A stretch of 64,000 bases of DNA from an uncultured Rikenellaceae bacterium (lineage in GTDB: Bacteria > Bacteroidota > Bacteroidia > Bacteroidales > VadinHA17): NCBI GenBank assembly GCA_964435015.1, contig CAYSXP010000001.1, positions 344-64,343 of the forward strand, read 5' to 3'. A program made the translations under genes and the position numbers. Shown in pieces: positions 30,686 to 39,594 of the stretch; within the stretch, counting starts at the first letter, position 1; the number at the start of each line of letters is the position of its first letter. Under the pieces are notes generated by a model. It did no database searches and had not been told where the DNA came from. It saw only the letters and a program-made list of their open reading frames with translations.

Positions 30686-30774
30686 ATGAAGCCTGCCTGA
30701 TTCCCCGTACAGGATACATGCATGTTGAAAATGATAAATTTGCGGTTTGGATTTTGCATACAGGCGGGTTTCAT
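30686..30774 (-). repeat. Hairpin repeat, copy D (tandem to C, divergent stem)
   Basis: The reverse complement reads ATGAAACCCGCCTG-[TATGCAAAATCCAAACCGCAAATTT...]-CAGGCAGGCTTCAT. The termini and CAAAC core match the family, but the CACATG/CATGTG stem segment is replaced by a complementary GCCTG/CAGGC pair. Confidence 0.6.
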
Positions 30775-30787
30775 TTTAAAATGGTTT

Positions 30788-30900
30788 GAGAAAGGTGAAA
30801 GTAAGAAGTAAAAAACAAAAGACAAAGGATAAAAGTCAGAAGACAAAAGTAAAAAGAAACACAGAACCGTAAACAGGAAAACAGAAACGGCTGAGAACCT
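30788..30900 (+). repeat. Low-complexity A/G-rich tract
   Basis: GAGAAAGGTGAAAGTAAGAAGTAAAAAACAAAAGACAAAGGATAAAAGTCAGAAGACAAAAGTAAAAAGAAACACAGAACCGTAAACAGGAAAACAGAAACGG. I count 7 T in 103 nt (30788-30890). Stops occur in all frames. Confidence 0.7.
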
Positions 30901-31425
30901 GCATGAGACCTGTTGTTATAATTAACCCCGATGAGCCGGTATTGCTAATTGACCATATAGAAAAAAGAAAAGGAAAGATAGTTGGGAGTTATCTTTCCTT
31001 CATTAACCTAAACCTGATCGTAGAATTTGGCCGAACGGCCTATAAAGAAATCTTATATATTTTATGTTATTTTTCCTTCCGGAAAATAACCGTAATATCA
31101 AAGAACCTATTTTTCATCTCTCGTTACACCATATAGACGTACGAGACTGCCAAATTGTTGCATAAACCATTGTTAATGTTATGTTAATTTTTGTGATTTA
31201 TTTTCCTGCATCAGCAGAGTCGGTGGTAATTTTTGCATAACTTTCTGCATTATAAGTAATTATGCTTACAGGTATGAGACACCGGTTCATGATGCTGCGG
31301 TTAGGGCGCCATCTTTACTGCTGCCTTATGTTTTATTCCCTGTGATTTGCGGGAAAGACCAGCTGCGTCGCCCCGTTCTGCATCCTTCCTCATTTTTTCT
31401 TCATTCAACCAGTCGTTTGGATTCC

Positions 31426-31806
31426 ATGCGAGGTCTCATTTTCAACATAAAACGCTTTTCAATTCATGATGGTCCGGGTATACGGGTCACCTTCTTCATG
31501 AAGGGATGTCCGCTTTCGTGCCGGTGGTGTCATAATCCGGAAGGACTGTCCGGGAAGGAAGAACTGTTCAATAACAGCAGAAAACTTGACAGTTATGAAT
31601 TTGAGAGCATTGAAAAGGCAGGTGAATATTATGATGTGAGTGAAATTCTGCAGATACCGGATAAAGAACAGGTATTTATCAGGGAGTCGGACGGGAGCGT
31701 TACTTTTTCCGGAGGAGAGCCTTTCATGCAGCCGGGGTTCCTGCTCGGGGCGTTGAAGGCATGCAAGGAAAGCGGATATCATACTGGTTTTTATCTGAAA
31801 GAATAA
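31426..31806 (+). pseudogene. Glycyl-radical enzyme activating enzyme (radical SAM), 3'-truncated remnant
   Basis: MRGLIFNIKRFSIHDGPGIRVTFFMKGCPLSCRWCHNPE (CxxxCxxC) ...VTFSGGEPFMQPGFL...GYHT, then a stop after about 126 aa. Family members are roughly twice as long. Confidence 0.7.
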
Positions 31807-31823
31807 TTTATGAATACTGAAAA

Positions 31824-33095
31824 ATGATTTTATCCGACAGAATAAAGAAGCTGCGTGAGCAGAGCCTTAATGCCGTGGAAACTATTTCAGCCGAGAGGGC
31901 TGAGCTTGTCACGCGTTTTTACAGGAGCGACGGGGCCCGTGAGATTTCCCCTCCCGTAAGAAGGGCAAAGGCATTCGAATACATCCTCAGGCACAAAACC
32001 ATTTGCATAAATGACGGGGAGCTGATAGTCGGTGAACGTGGTCCGGCTCCGAAGTCGGTTCCGACATACCCTGAAATATGTGTCCATTCAATCCCCGACC
32101 TTGAGATACTTGACACGAGGCAGAAGGTCTCTTTCAGGGTCAGCGGGGAGGTGAAAAAGGTATATCGTGAAGAAATAATCCCTTTCTGGCAGGGTAAAAG
32201 CAACCGCGACAGGATAATGGGCCTGATGACTCCCGGATGGTTGGATGCCTATAACGCGGGTATATTCACTGAATTTCTGGAGCAGAGGGCGCCGGGGCAT
32301 ACCGTTGCGGGGTATAAAGTGTTCAGTACCGGATTCAGTCAGCTCAGGAAAGAAATAGATGATGGTCTTGCAGGGCTTGACTTTATAAATGACAGGGATG
32401 CTTTTGCGAAGTCGGAGGAGCTTAAGGGGATGGGCATTGCCTGTGATGCGATTATCATGTATGCCGGGCGCCATGCCGGTGAGCTTGAAAGGCTGGCCCT
32501 GCCGGAACGGGATGAGGTATGGAAGGCCAAACTGCTGGAAATGGCCCGCATCTGCAGGAAGGTGCCGGCTGAAGCTCCCGAAACCGTTCATGAGATGCTT
32601 CAGCATTACTGGTTCATTCACCTGGGGGTTATTACCGAGCTCAATCCCTGGGATTCTTTCAGCCCGGGCCGCCTCGACCAGCATCTTTACAGGGTGTTTA
32701 AAAAAGAAAGGGAAGACGGCAGCCTTTCAGATGAAAAGCTCTTTGATCTCCTCGGGTGCTTCTGGATAAAGTTTAACAACCATCCCACTCCTCCGAAGAT
32801 CGATCATCTGATGACCGGAGGTACCTTGCTGAATCAGAAATTCACGCCGCAGTTCTTCGGGGGTGAGGACAGCTTCCATTGTCTGACTGCCCTTATCAGG
32901 AGCTATTTCAGCCTTGACAGCCACCATATACAGTTCAATGTTGTCGATGCGGCGACCCTGCGTGATGCGCAGAGGCATCCTGAATTATACAGGGATCTGA
33001 TAGTCAGGGTTGCCGGTTACAGCGATTATTTCAATAAGCTTGGAGATGATTTGCAGAATGAAATAATCATGAGGACCGAGCACGGGGATGCATGA
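31824..33095 (+). pseudogene. Glycyl radical enzyme (PFL-like/dehydratase class) with a large in-frame internal deletion
   Basis: 423 aa. About 325 aa of a typical GRE N-terminus (MILSDRIKKLREQ...FWIKFNNHPTPPK) are joined directly to the C-terminal ~95 aa carrying the glycyl radical motif (HHIQFNVVDAATLRDAQRHPELYRDLIVRVAGYSDYF). The catalytic Cys-loop region is absent. Confidence 0.7.
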
Positions 33096-33193
33096 GCCAG
33101 GTTGTAAACTGCCATTTGTCATGTCAGCTGCAGCACTCCGGCAAATTTCCCTCTCAGGGACAGGGATCTGGTACTATTTTAATTGGTGTGAAG

Positions 33194-34150
33194 TTATTTC
33201 TTCTTATCCTTAATCTCATTGAACATGGAGGTGGCGGTTGCAACGATACCGGCCACGTCTGATAGATTTGCAGGGAGAATAATTGTATTATTCTGTTTTG
33301 CCAGGTTAGCGAAGCCGTTAAGATATTGTTCTGCGACGCGGAGGTTGACTGCATTGAGACCGTTTTCTTCAGATATTGCCACTGCGATGGCTCGTAAACC
33401 GTTGGCTGTGGCATTCGCTACCTGTTCAATTTCGGAAGCACGGCCGGCTGCTTCATTTATCCGTTTCTGCTTTTCTCCCTCAGACCTCAGGATGAATTCC
33501 TGCTTGTCGCCGTCGGCAACATTGATTTTAGCCTGTCTTGTTCCCTCTGATTCGGCAATGAGAGCCCTCTTTTCCCTTTCGGCCCTCATCTGTTTTTCCA
33601 TCGCATCCTTTATGCTTTGCGGGGGAAAGATATTTTTCACTTCATATCGCGTTACCTTGACACCCCAGGGCTCACTGGCCTTGTCGACTGCCTCAACGAT
33701 TGTTGCATTGATCGATTCACGTTCCTCGAAGGTGCGGTCAAGTTCAAGCTTGCCAATGACGCTCCTCATGGTTGTCTGTGCGATCTGGATCGATGCAAAC
33801 CTGTAGTTGTCAATACCGTATGATGCCTTCTGGGGATCCAGGACCTGAAGGTAAAGGATGCCGTCAACCTCAATTGCAATGTTGTCTTTGGTGATACAGA
33901 TCTGAGATGCAACGTCAATAGCCTGTTCCTTAAGAGTATGCCGGTATCTGATTTTATCAACAAAAGGGATGAGTATTTGAAAACCTGCCGTGAAAGTCGC
34001 CCGGTATTTTCCAAGTCTTTCTACGATCATGGCTGTCCTTTGGGGAACGACCTTGACCATGGAAGAAATAAGGATGAAAGCAAGTAAAATAACACCAATC
34101 AGTATGAATGTTGTACTCTGTGCGGTTTGCAATGCGATGGCTGCTGTCAT
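33194..34150 (-). CDS. SPFH/band 7 (stomatin-like) membrane protein
   Basis: N-terminal TM helix, then an SPFH core (VVPQRTAMIVERLGKY...LELDRTFEERESINA...) and a charged coiled-coil tail. It pairs with the upstream NfeD gene. Confidence 0.88.
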   Translation of the reverse strand: MTAAIALQTAQSTTFILIGVILLAFILISSMVKVVPQRTAMIVERLGKYRATFTAGFQILIPFVDKIRYRHTLKEQAIDVASQICITKDNIAIEVDGILYLQVLDPQKASYGIDNYRFASIQIAQTTMRSVIGKLELDRTFEERESINATIVEAVDKASEPWGVKVTRYEVKNIFPPQSIKDAMEKQMRAEREKRALIAESEGTRQAKINVADGDKQEFILRSEGEKQKRINEAAGRASEIEQVANATANGLRAIAVAISEENGLNAVNLRVAEQYLNGFANLAKQNNTIILPANLSDVAGIVATATSMFNEIKDKKK

Positions 34151-34611
34151 TTTTGATTGTTTTTTGGTTCAACAAATAGTTTGAAACTTTCTTTGTATAT
34201 TATAGTAACTCTCTGTCCATCAGAGATATCGAATTCAGACTCTGCGCTCCATGTAGTTCCCTTGAAATCTACCTTTCCCGTATCTCCGTGTTTGAAACTG
34301 CCAACTGCCACGGCCTCTTTTCCGGTAAATTCATCTTCAACGCTGTCTGAAAGATCATTGCTCCTGGCAAGGAAAAACCGTTTCTGTATCATTCTTCTCA
34401 AAGCGAGCAGTGAAAGTACAGAAGTAACTGCAAATACAATTACCTGAAGGTTCAGGCCCGGGTTTGCGATAAGGCAGAGGAGTGCCGTGGCCCATGCACC
34501 GACCCCAAAGAAGAATATCACAAAACCCGGCAGGACCAGTTCCAGCAGAAAAAGGGCCAGGCCGATTATGAACCATATTATTTCAGGTCTGGACAGCAGG
34601 TGGGAATCCAT
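34147..34611 (-). CDS. NfeD-family membrane protein
   Basis: 154 aa with three or four TM helices, then a soluble OB-like C-terminus (GKVDFKGTTWSAESEFDISDGQRVTI). It overlaps the SPFH gene start by 4 nt. Confidence 0.85.
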   Translation of the reverse strand: MDSHLLSRPEIIWFIIGLALFLLELVLPGFVIFFFGVGAWATALLCLIANPGLNLQVIVFAVTSVLSLLALRRMIQKRFFLARSNDLSDSVEDEFTGKEAVAVGSFKHGDTGKVDFKGTTWSAESEFDISDGQRVTIIYKESFKLFVEPKNNQK

Positions 34612-34823
34612 AATGAAGGAATTAAATATAATTACCGTTTTTGACTCCGATAAAGATAGAATAAATTAGCAGATTACGAAGAATAAAATATCAGGTTTGA
34701 AAAGTTATATCGTCCTTTCCGGAAGAATTGCAAAAAACTTCTTTATCTCAGTTTTTTTTCTTAACTTTTTCCTTTAATTCCGGGCCGTCAAACGAACAAA
34801 GTCAGCTTAACGAAGTTTATCAG

Positions 34824-34840
34824 ATGTGGATAATCCACAT
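34824..34840. promoter_or_regulatory. Perfect 17-nt palindrome ATGTGGATAATCCACAT upstream of the cytidylate-kinase-like gene
   Basis: Read directly from the sequence; it ends 44 nt before ATG 34885. The CCACATG half-site resembles the arms of the hairpin repeat family. Confidence 0.35.
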
Positions 34841-34884
34841 GTTGCAGAATAGAGGAAAAGTCACAAAAGAAAATTTTCACATTT

Positions 34885-35607
34885 ATGGAAAAATTTTTTG
34901 ATTATTTTGATGAGCGCTACAGGAAATCTGTGTTAAAAGCTCCTTCAGAGAACGATGGTCCTGTTATAACCATATCGAGGCTCACCGGGTGTGATGCCCG
35001 TGAGGTTGCTGCAAAGGTTGTGGAAAACCTTAATGAGAAATCCGGTACTGAAAAGTGGAGGTGGGTCGACAAGGATCTCATTTATTCGATTGCCAGGGAG
35101 CTCAATATCGATACCCAGCGCATTGAGAATTATTATGAAGGCTTTAAACTGTCAGATCTTTCTGAAATGATAATGGCCTTTTCAGGAGGTTTTGTAAGTG
35201 ATCTGAGAGTTAAGAAAGCCATCAGGGAGGTTGTCCTTTCAATCTGCAAGGAGGGTTATATTGTCATTGTTGGGCGGGGGGGAGTTTCCATAGCACATGA
35301 CATAAGGGACTCACTGCATGTGAGGCTGATAGCTCCGTTCTACTGGAGGGTGAATACTATTATGAGGAAGAAGAATATGGGGATTGAGGAAGCTGAGAAG
35401 TTTATCATTGAGACTGATGAGAAAAGGGCAGATCTGATTCAGACCTTTCTTGACAAGAAAATCAAGAATACCGACAGCCTGTTCGATGTGACCCTGAACC
35501 GGTTATCATTCAGCATCGATGATTCAGCTTCTCTGATAGCCGCAATGTACGAGAAGAAAGTGCATCAGCAGATTGCTGAAAGGCTTAAGCAGCGTTCCTT
35601 TACCTAA
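34885..35607 (+). CDS. Cytidylate-kinase-like family protein (P-loop-less AAA/CMP kinase-like)
   Basis: [19 protein letters not shown] at the N-terminus and overall layout are typical of the cytidylate kinase-like family. Length is 240 aa. Confidence 0.65.
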   Translation: MEKFFDYFDERYRKSVLKAPSENDGPVITISRLTGCDAREVAAKVVENLNEKSGTEKWRWVDKDLIYSIARELNIDTQRIENYYEGFKLSDLSEMIMAFSGGFVSDLRVKKAIREVVLSICKEGYIVIVGRGGVSIAHDIRDSLHVRLIAPFYWRVNTIMRKKNMGIEEAEKFIIETDEKRADLIQTFLDKKIKNTDSLFDVTLNRLSFSIDDSASLIAAMYEKKVHQQIAERLKQRSFT

Positions 35608-36911
35608 TACTCGTTTATTTCCCCGACTTTCCTGATATGCTCCTGTATTCTTTTCTCCAGGTTTCTCTTGTATGCGTCCCAGTCAGTTACCGGCATCCTG
35701 GCCACACCCGAATCCATGGCAGCTTTCGCTACGCATGAGGCCACGCATGAAATAAGCCTGTGATCAAGAGGTTTTGGTATGATGTAGTTTTTTCCGAACG
35801 ACAGTGTTTCAAGATTATAAGCCTTTAAAACAGGCTCTGGCACAGGTTCCTTGGCCAGACATGCAAGGGCTTTCGCAGCTGCAAGTTTCATTTCCTCGTT
35901 TATTGTTGAGGCTCTTACATCGAGTGCACCCCTGAATATGAATGGAAACCCGAGCACATTGTTTATCTGGTTGGGATAATCTGACCTTCCGGTAGCAAAG
36001 ATGAGATCACTCCTGACAGCCATGGCATCCTCGTAGGAGATTTCGGGATCTGGATTGGCCATGGCAAAAACTATCGGATCATCAGCCATTGAGGCAAGCA
36101 TTTCCCTGGTCAGCATATTGGCAGCCGACAAACCGAGAAACATGTCAGCACCCCTTACTGCTTCTTCAAGTGTATTCACATCCAGGCCGGTTACAAATTC
36201 CTGTTTGTATTTGTTCAGGTCTGTTCTTTTTTTGTTCAGAATGCCCTTGCTGTCGGCCATCACGATATTTTCCCTTCTCACCCCCAGGGCAAGGTAAAGC
36301 CTCGAGCAGGAGATCGCTGCGGCCCCTGCACCGCAAACAACCATTTTCAGGTTCTCTGCTTTTCGGCCCGTTATTTCGAGGGAATTGATCAGTCCGGCAG
36401 CCGAGATGATTGCCGTGCCATGCTGATCATCATGAAAAACAGGAATGTCAACCAGGCTTTTCAGCCTTGACTCCACCTCGAAGCACTCAGGTGCTTTAAT
36501 ATCTTCGAGATTGATTCCTCCGAATGTAGGCGAGATCTTTTCACAAATTTCTACAAGCTTCCCGGGGTCTTTTTCATTTACTTCAATATCAAAAACATCA
36601 ATATCGGCAAAAACCTTAAAGAGAAGCCCCTTTCCTTCCATGACCGGTTTCCCGGCCAGTGCCCCGATATCTCCCAGGCCGAGGACCGCCGTTCCGTTTG
36701 AGATAACTGCAACAAGGTTCCCTTTGGCAGTGTAGTTATATGCCTTTTCAGGGTCCTTTTCAATCTCAAGGCATGGATAGGCTACCCCCGGAGTGTATGC
36801 CAGGCTGAGATCAAGCTGTGTGTCATAATGTTTTGTGGGTATTACCTCCACTTTCCCGTGACGCCCCCTGCTGTGATAGAACAATGCGTCTTCCTTTGTA
36901 ACTTTTGGCAT
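35604..36911 (-). CDS. NAD(P)-dependent malic enzyme (short form)
   Basis: [52 protein letters not shown] and VVCGAGAAA are present. At 435 aa it has no PTA domain. Confidence 0.9.
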   Translation of the reverse strand: MPKVTKEDALFYHSRGRHGKVEVIPTKHYDTQLDLSLAYTPGVAYPCLEIEKDPEKAYNYTAKGNLVAVISNGTAVLGLGDIGALAGKPVMEGKGLLFKVFADIDVFDIEVNEKDPGKLVEICEKISPTFGGINLEDIKAPECFEVESRLKSLVDIPVFHDDQHGTAIISAAGLINSLEITGRKAENLKMVVCGAGAAAISCSRLYLALGVRRENIVMADSKGILNKKRTDLNKYKQEFVTGLDVNTLEEAVRGADMFLGLSAANMLTREMLASMADDPIVFAMANPDPEISYEDAMAVRSDLIFATGRSDYPNQINNVLGFPFIFRGALDVRASTINEEMKLAAAKALACLAKEPVPEPVLKAYNLETLSFGKNYIIPKPLDHRLISCVASCVAKAAMDSGVARMPVTDWDAYKRNLEKRIQEHIRKVGEINEY

Positions 36912-37146
36912 TTGATCCTGGTTTAACTGGTATTGAAATTCCCGGTAGTGTTTGTCTTCAATCAGAAACTCATGAACAGAAAGATAATATCTATCAAAGT
37001 ACGATTAAATAGGGGAAAATAAAAATGAGAAAGATCACATCAGGGTAAAGGCTGGAATTTTTTAGAGATTATTTTTTTTGTATTCCCGACAAAAATCAAT
37101 ATTTTCAGCATCTAAATTTGTTGTATCCCATTCTAAAATAAATTAT

Positions 37147-38082
37147 ATGGAAAATGAAATTGCCATTGGGGCCGACATAGGCGGCAGTCATATAAGCTGT
37201 GCGGCTGTGGGGCTGAGCGACCTCAGAATAATCAGGAGCACCCTGACGGAAAGAGCGGTCGACAACAAGGCATCTGCGGATGAAATCCTGAATATCTGGG
37301 CCGGGGCCCTGTCGGACTCGATCAAAAAGGTTCCGGGTCAGAAAATAAAAGGTATAGGATTTGGGATGCCGGGCCCGTTTGACTATGTAAATGGGATAAG
37401 TTACATAAAAGGTGTGGCCAAGTATGAAAATCTTTACGGGTGTAATGTAAAGGAAGCTGTTTCTGAAAGATTGATGTCTTTTGGCGCATTTCCGGTAAGG
37501 TTCATGAATGATGTTTCCGCTTTTGCCGTCGGCGAGGCACTGGTTGGCAAAGCTTCCCCGGCAGGGCGGTCCATGGCAATAACCCTTGGAACGGGTTTCG
37601 GTTCTGCCTTTATCGACAACAGGATCCCGATATGCGACGGTCCAGAGGTCCCTGAACTTGGATGTGTTTACCACCTCCCGTACGGTGAAAACATTGCCGA
37701 CGATTATTTTTCAACACGATGGTTTCTGGGTTCATATAAAAAACTGACAGGCAGAACGCTGAGCGGGGTCAAGGAATTTGCCGAACTTGCTGCAACAGAC
37801 AAAACCGCAATGGACCTGTTCACTGAATTTGCGAATAACCTGGGCCGGTTCCTTGCTCCATGGCTAATAAAATTCAAGGCAGAAATAATTGTTGTCGGAG
37901 GAAATATCTCGAATGCCTACAACTTCTTTGGAAAGACCTTTGAGGAAAGTCTTGTAAGAGAAGGATGCAGCTGCAGGGTTGCCTTGTCGGAGCTGAAGGA
38001 GGATGCTGCCTTCATCGGCAGTGCTTTTCTTCTCGACGATAATTTCTGGACCGGAATTCAGCATGCCCTTCCCCTGATGTAA
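37147..38082 (+). CDS. ROK-family sugar kinase-like protein
   Basis: MENEIAIGADIGGSHISCAAV is an actin-fold phosphate-1 motif, with LGTGFGSAF further in. The classical ROK CxCGxxGC zinc motif is not visible. ATG 37147 is preferred over the TTG at 37078. Confidence 0.65.
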   Translation: MENEIAIGADIGGSHISCAAVGLSDLRIIRSTLTERAVDNKASADEILNIWAGALSDSIKKVPGQKIKGIGFGMPGPFDYVNGISYIKGVAKYENLYGCNVKEAVSERLMSFGAFPVRFMNDVSAFAVGEALVGKASPAGRSMAITLGTGFGSAFIDNRIPICDGPEVPELGCVYHLPYGENIADDYFSTRWFLGSYKKLTGRTLSGVKEFAELAATDKTAMDLFTEFANNLGRFLAPWLIKFKAEIIVVGGNISNAYNFFGKTFEESLVREGCSCRVALSELKEDAAFIGSAFLLDDNFWTGIQHALPLM

Positions 38083-38160
38083 AAAAACTGCTGCCTGAGG
38101 CCTGCCGCCGGTCACTTATTGTCAGAGATCAACGGAGCCGGAAGGCAGCAAAAAAAGTCA

Positions 38161-38188
38161 ACCCTTAAACCCTTAAACCCTTAAACCC
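38161..38188 (+). repeat. Tandem 8-mer (ACCCTTAA) x3 plus a partial unit, directly upstream of the MFS gene
   Basis: ACCCTTAAACCCTTAAACCCTTAAACCC read directly from the sequence; it ends 8 nt before ATG 38197. Confidence 0.9.
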
Positions 38189-38196
38189 AACTACCC

Positions 38197-39351
38197 ATGA
38201 CTACCCTGAAAATCAACATTTCAAAAATACTGCCTGTTCTGATGGCATTTTTCGTTATGAGCTTTGTCGACCTTGTTGGTATCGGGGTCGACAGGGTCAG
38301 CAAGGATATGAGCCTCAGTGCCACTGTTGCACAGCTTATACCATCAGCGGCTTTTCTCTGGTTCTTTATTCTTTCAGTGCCTGTCGGAGTGCTCCAGTCG
38401 CGGCTCGGCAAAAAGGCGATGCTGAACATAGGTATGGGCGTTACGGCCCTCGGACTTCTGGTTCCGTTTTTCATGTATTCATTTGCAATGGTGCTTTTCG
38501 GTTTTGCACTGCTGGGCATTGGAAACACCATTGTGCAGGTATCGGCCAATCCGTTGCTTGTTGATGTTGTACCCGGAAACAGGGCATCGAGTTTCCTGAG
38601 CTTCTCCCAGTTCATAAAAGCAATAGGATCGATGCTGGGAGCCCCGCTTGCGGGCTTTTTTGCAGCGAAATACGGCGACTGGAAACTCTTGTTCCTGGTG
38701 TTCGGAATAGTTTCCATCCTTGCGGTGCTGTGGCTTGGAACATCAAAGATCAACGAAACCAGGGTTGAAGGTCATAAGGCTACATTCGGGTCTTCCTTTA
38801 AACTCCTGGGAAACAATTTTGTACTGCTGATGGTACTCTCGATTTTTGTGGTAGTAGGGGTGGATGTGGGTTTCAATTCAAACTCCGGCCAGTTTCTGAT
38901 AAAGCAGTTCGGGATTGAACAGACTGCAGCCGAATCGGGTCGCAGTGTTTATTTCTTTGGCCGCATGCTCGGGACATTTGCAGGGGCAATCATGCTGACC
39001 AGGATATCTTCAAGGAGTTTTTTCATGTGGACCAGCATACTTGGGATAATCTGCCTTGCAGCCATTCTGCTGATCAAATCCGGGGCAGCTGCATGGTTCC
39101 TGATATTTTTCATAGGACTTGCAATTGCCAATATATGGCCTCTCGTCTTTTCAATAGCTGTGGAGAAGTATCCCCTGCAGAACAATGAAATATCGGGGCT
39201 TATGATGATGGCAATTTCAGGCGGTGCAGTCATTCCCCTCCTTATAGGGTGGATCAGTGATCTGAGCAGTATCACGCTGGGGATGTCAGTGCTTATTATT
39301 TGCATGATTTACCTTCTGGCTGTTTCCATTTATTGCCTGAAGACCCGATGA
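38197..39351 (+). CDS. MFS sugar transporter (FucP/glucose-galactose type)
   Basis: 384 aa, about 11-12 TM helices, typical MFS loop pattern. It sits between a sugar kinase and sugar-modifying enzymes. Confidence 0.75.
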   Translation: MTTLKINISKILPVLMAFFVMSFVDLVGIGVDRVSKDMSLSATVAQLIPSAAFLWFFILSVPVGVLQSRLGKKAMLNIGMGVTALGLLVPFFMYSFAMVLFGFALLGIGNTIVQVSANPLLVDVVPGNRASSFLSFSQFIKAIGSMLGAPLAGFFAAKYGDWKLLFLVFGIVSILAVLWLGTSKINETRVEGHKATFGSSFKLLGNNFVLLMVLSIFVVVGVDVGFNSNSGQFLIKQFGIEQTAAESGRSVYFFGRMLGTFAGAIMLTRISSRSFFMWTSILGIICLAAILLIKSGAAAWFLIFFIGLAIANIWPLVFSIAVEKYPLQNNEISGLMMMAISGGAVIPLLIGWISDLSSITLGMSVLIICMIYLLAVSIYCLKTR

Positions 39352-39594
39352 TGTCATGCGGATTTGCCGGGGCAGTGGCATCGCGGCGGATTTTCGTCCT
39401 GTCTTTGCATCCGCACTCAATTATAAAATTAAACCGGACATGACGAACGAGGGTTATCAGATTAGCTTATTTGAGATGAAACCCGGATGAGTGTATTTTA
39501 AATGCAGGCACATTAAGGATGAAAATTGTTGTCATTTGCAGTTTCTCCTTTATCTGCAGGGCGGGAGAACAACAAATAAAATCAAAATCATACT

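Noticed and set aside
30903-31136. 77-aa ORF in the gene-free region upstream of the GRE locus; also a 27-aa ORF at about 31263-31346.
   Set aside because: The composition is hydrophobic and low-complexity with no recognisable domain, and the DNA is AT-rich and repeat-bearing. The evidence is insufficient to call a gene.
36948-36977. GTGTTTGTCTTCAATCAGAAACTCATGAAC upstream of the malic enzyme gene. It resembles the loop and inner arm of copy B (GTGTTTGTGTTTCTGGTCAATCATG), oriented toward the gene.
   Set aside because: Only a partial match without the conserved termini. It may be a degenerate copy but is not called.
38161-38188. The ACCCTTAA tandem as a CRISPR-like or telomere-like array.
   Set aside because: There are only three contiguous 8-nt units without spacers. 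It is a simple microsatellite.
39475-39493. GATGAAACCCGGATGAGTG upstream of the Gfo/Idh/MocA gene (family-like 5' arm), plus a CATGCGGAT...ATCCGCA hairpin at 39356-39417 after the MFS stop.
   Set aside because: No clear complementary 3' arm or CA-rich core for the first. The second shares only the CCGCAT word and may simply be a terminator-like hairpin.
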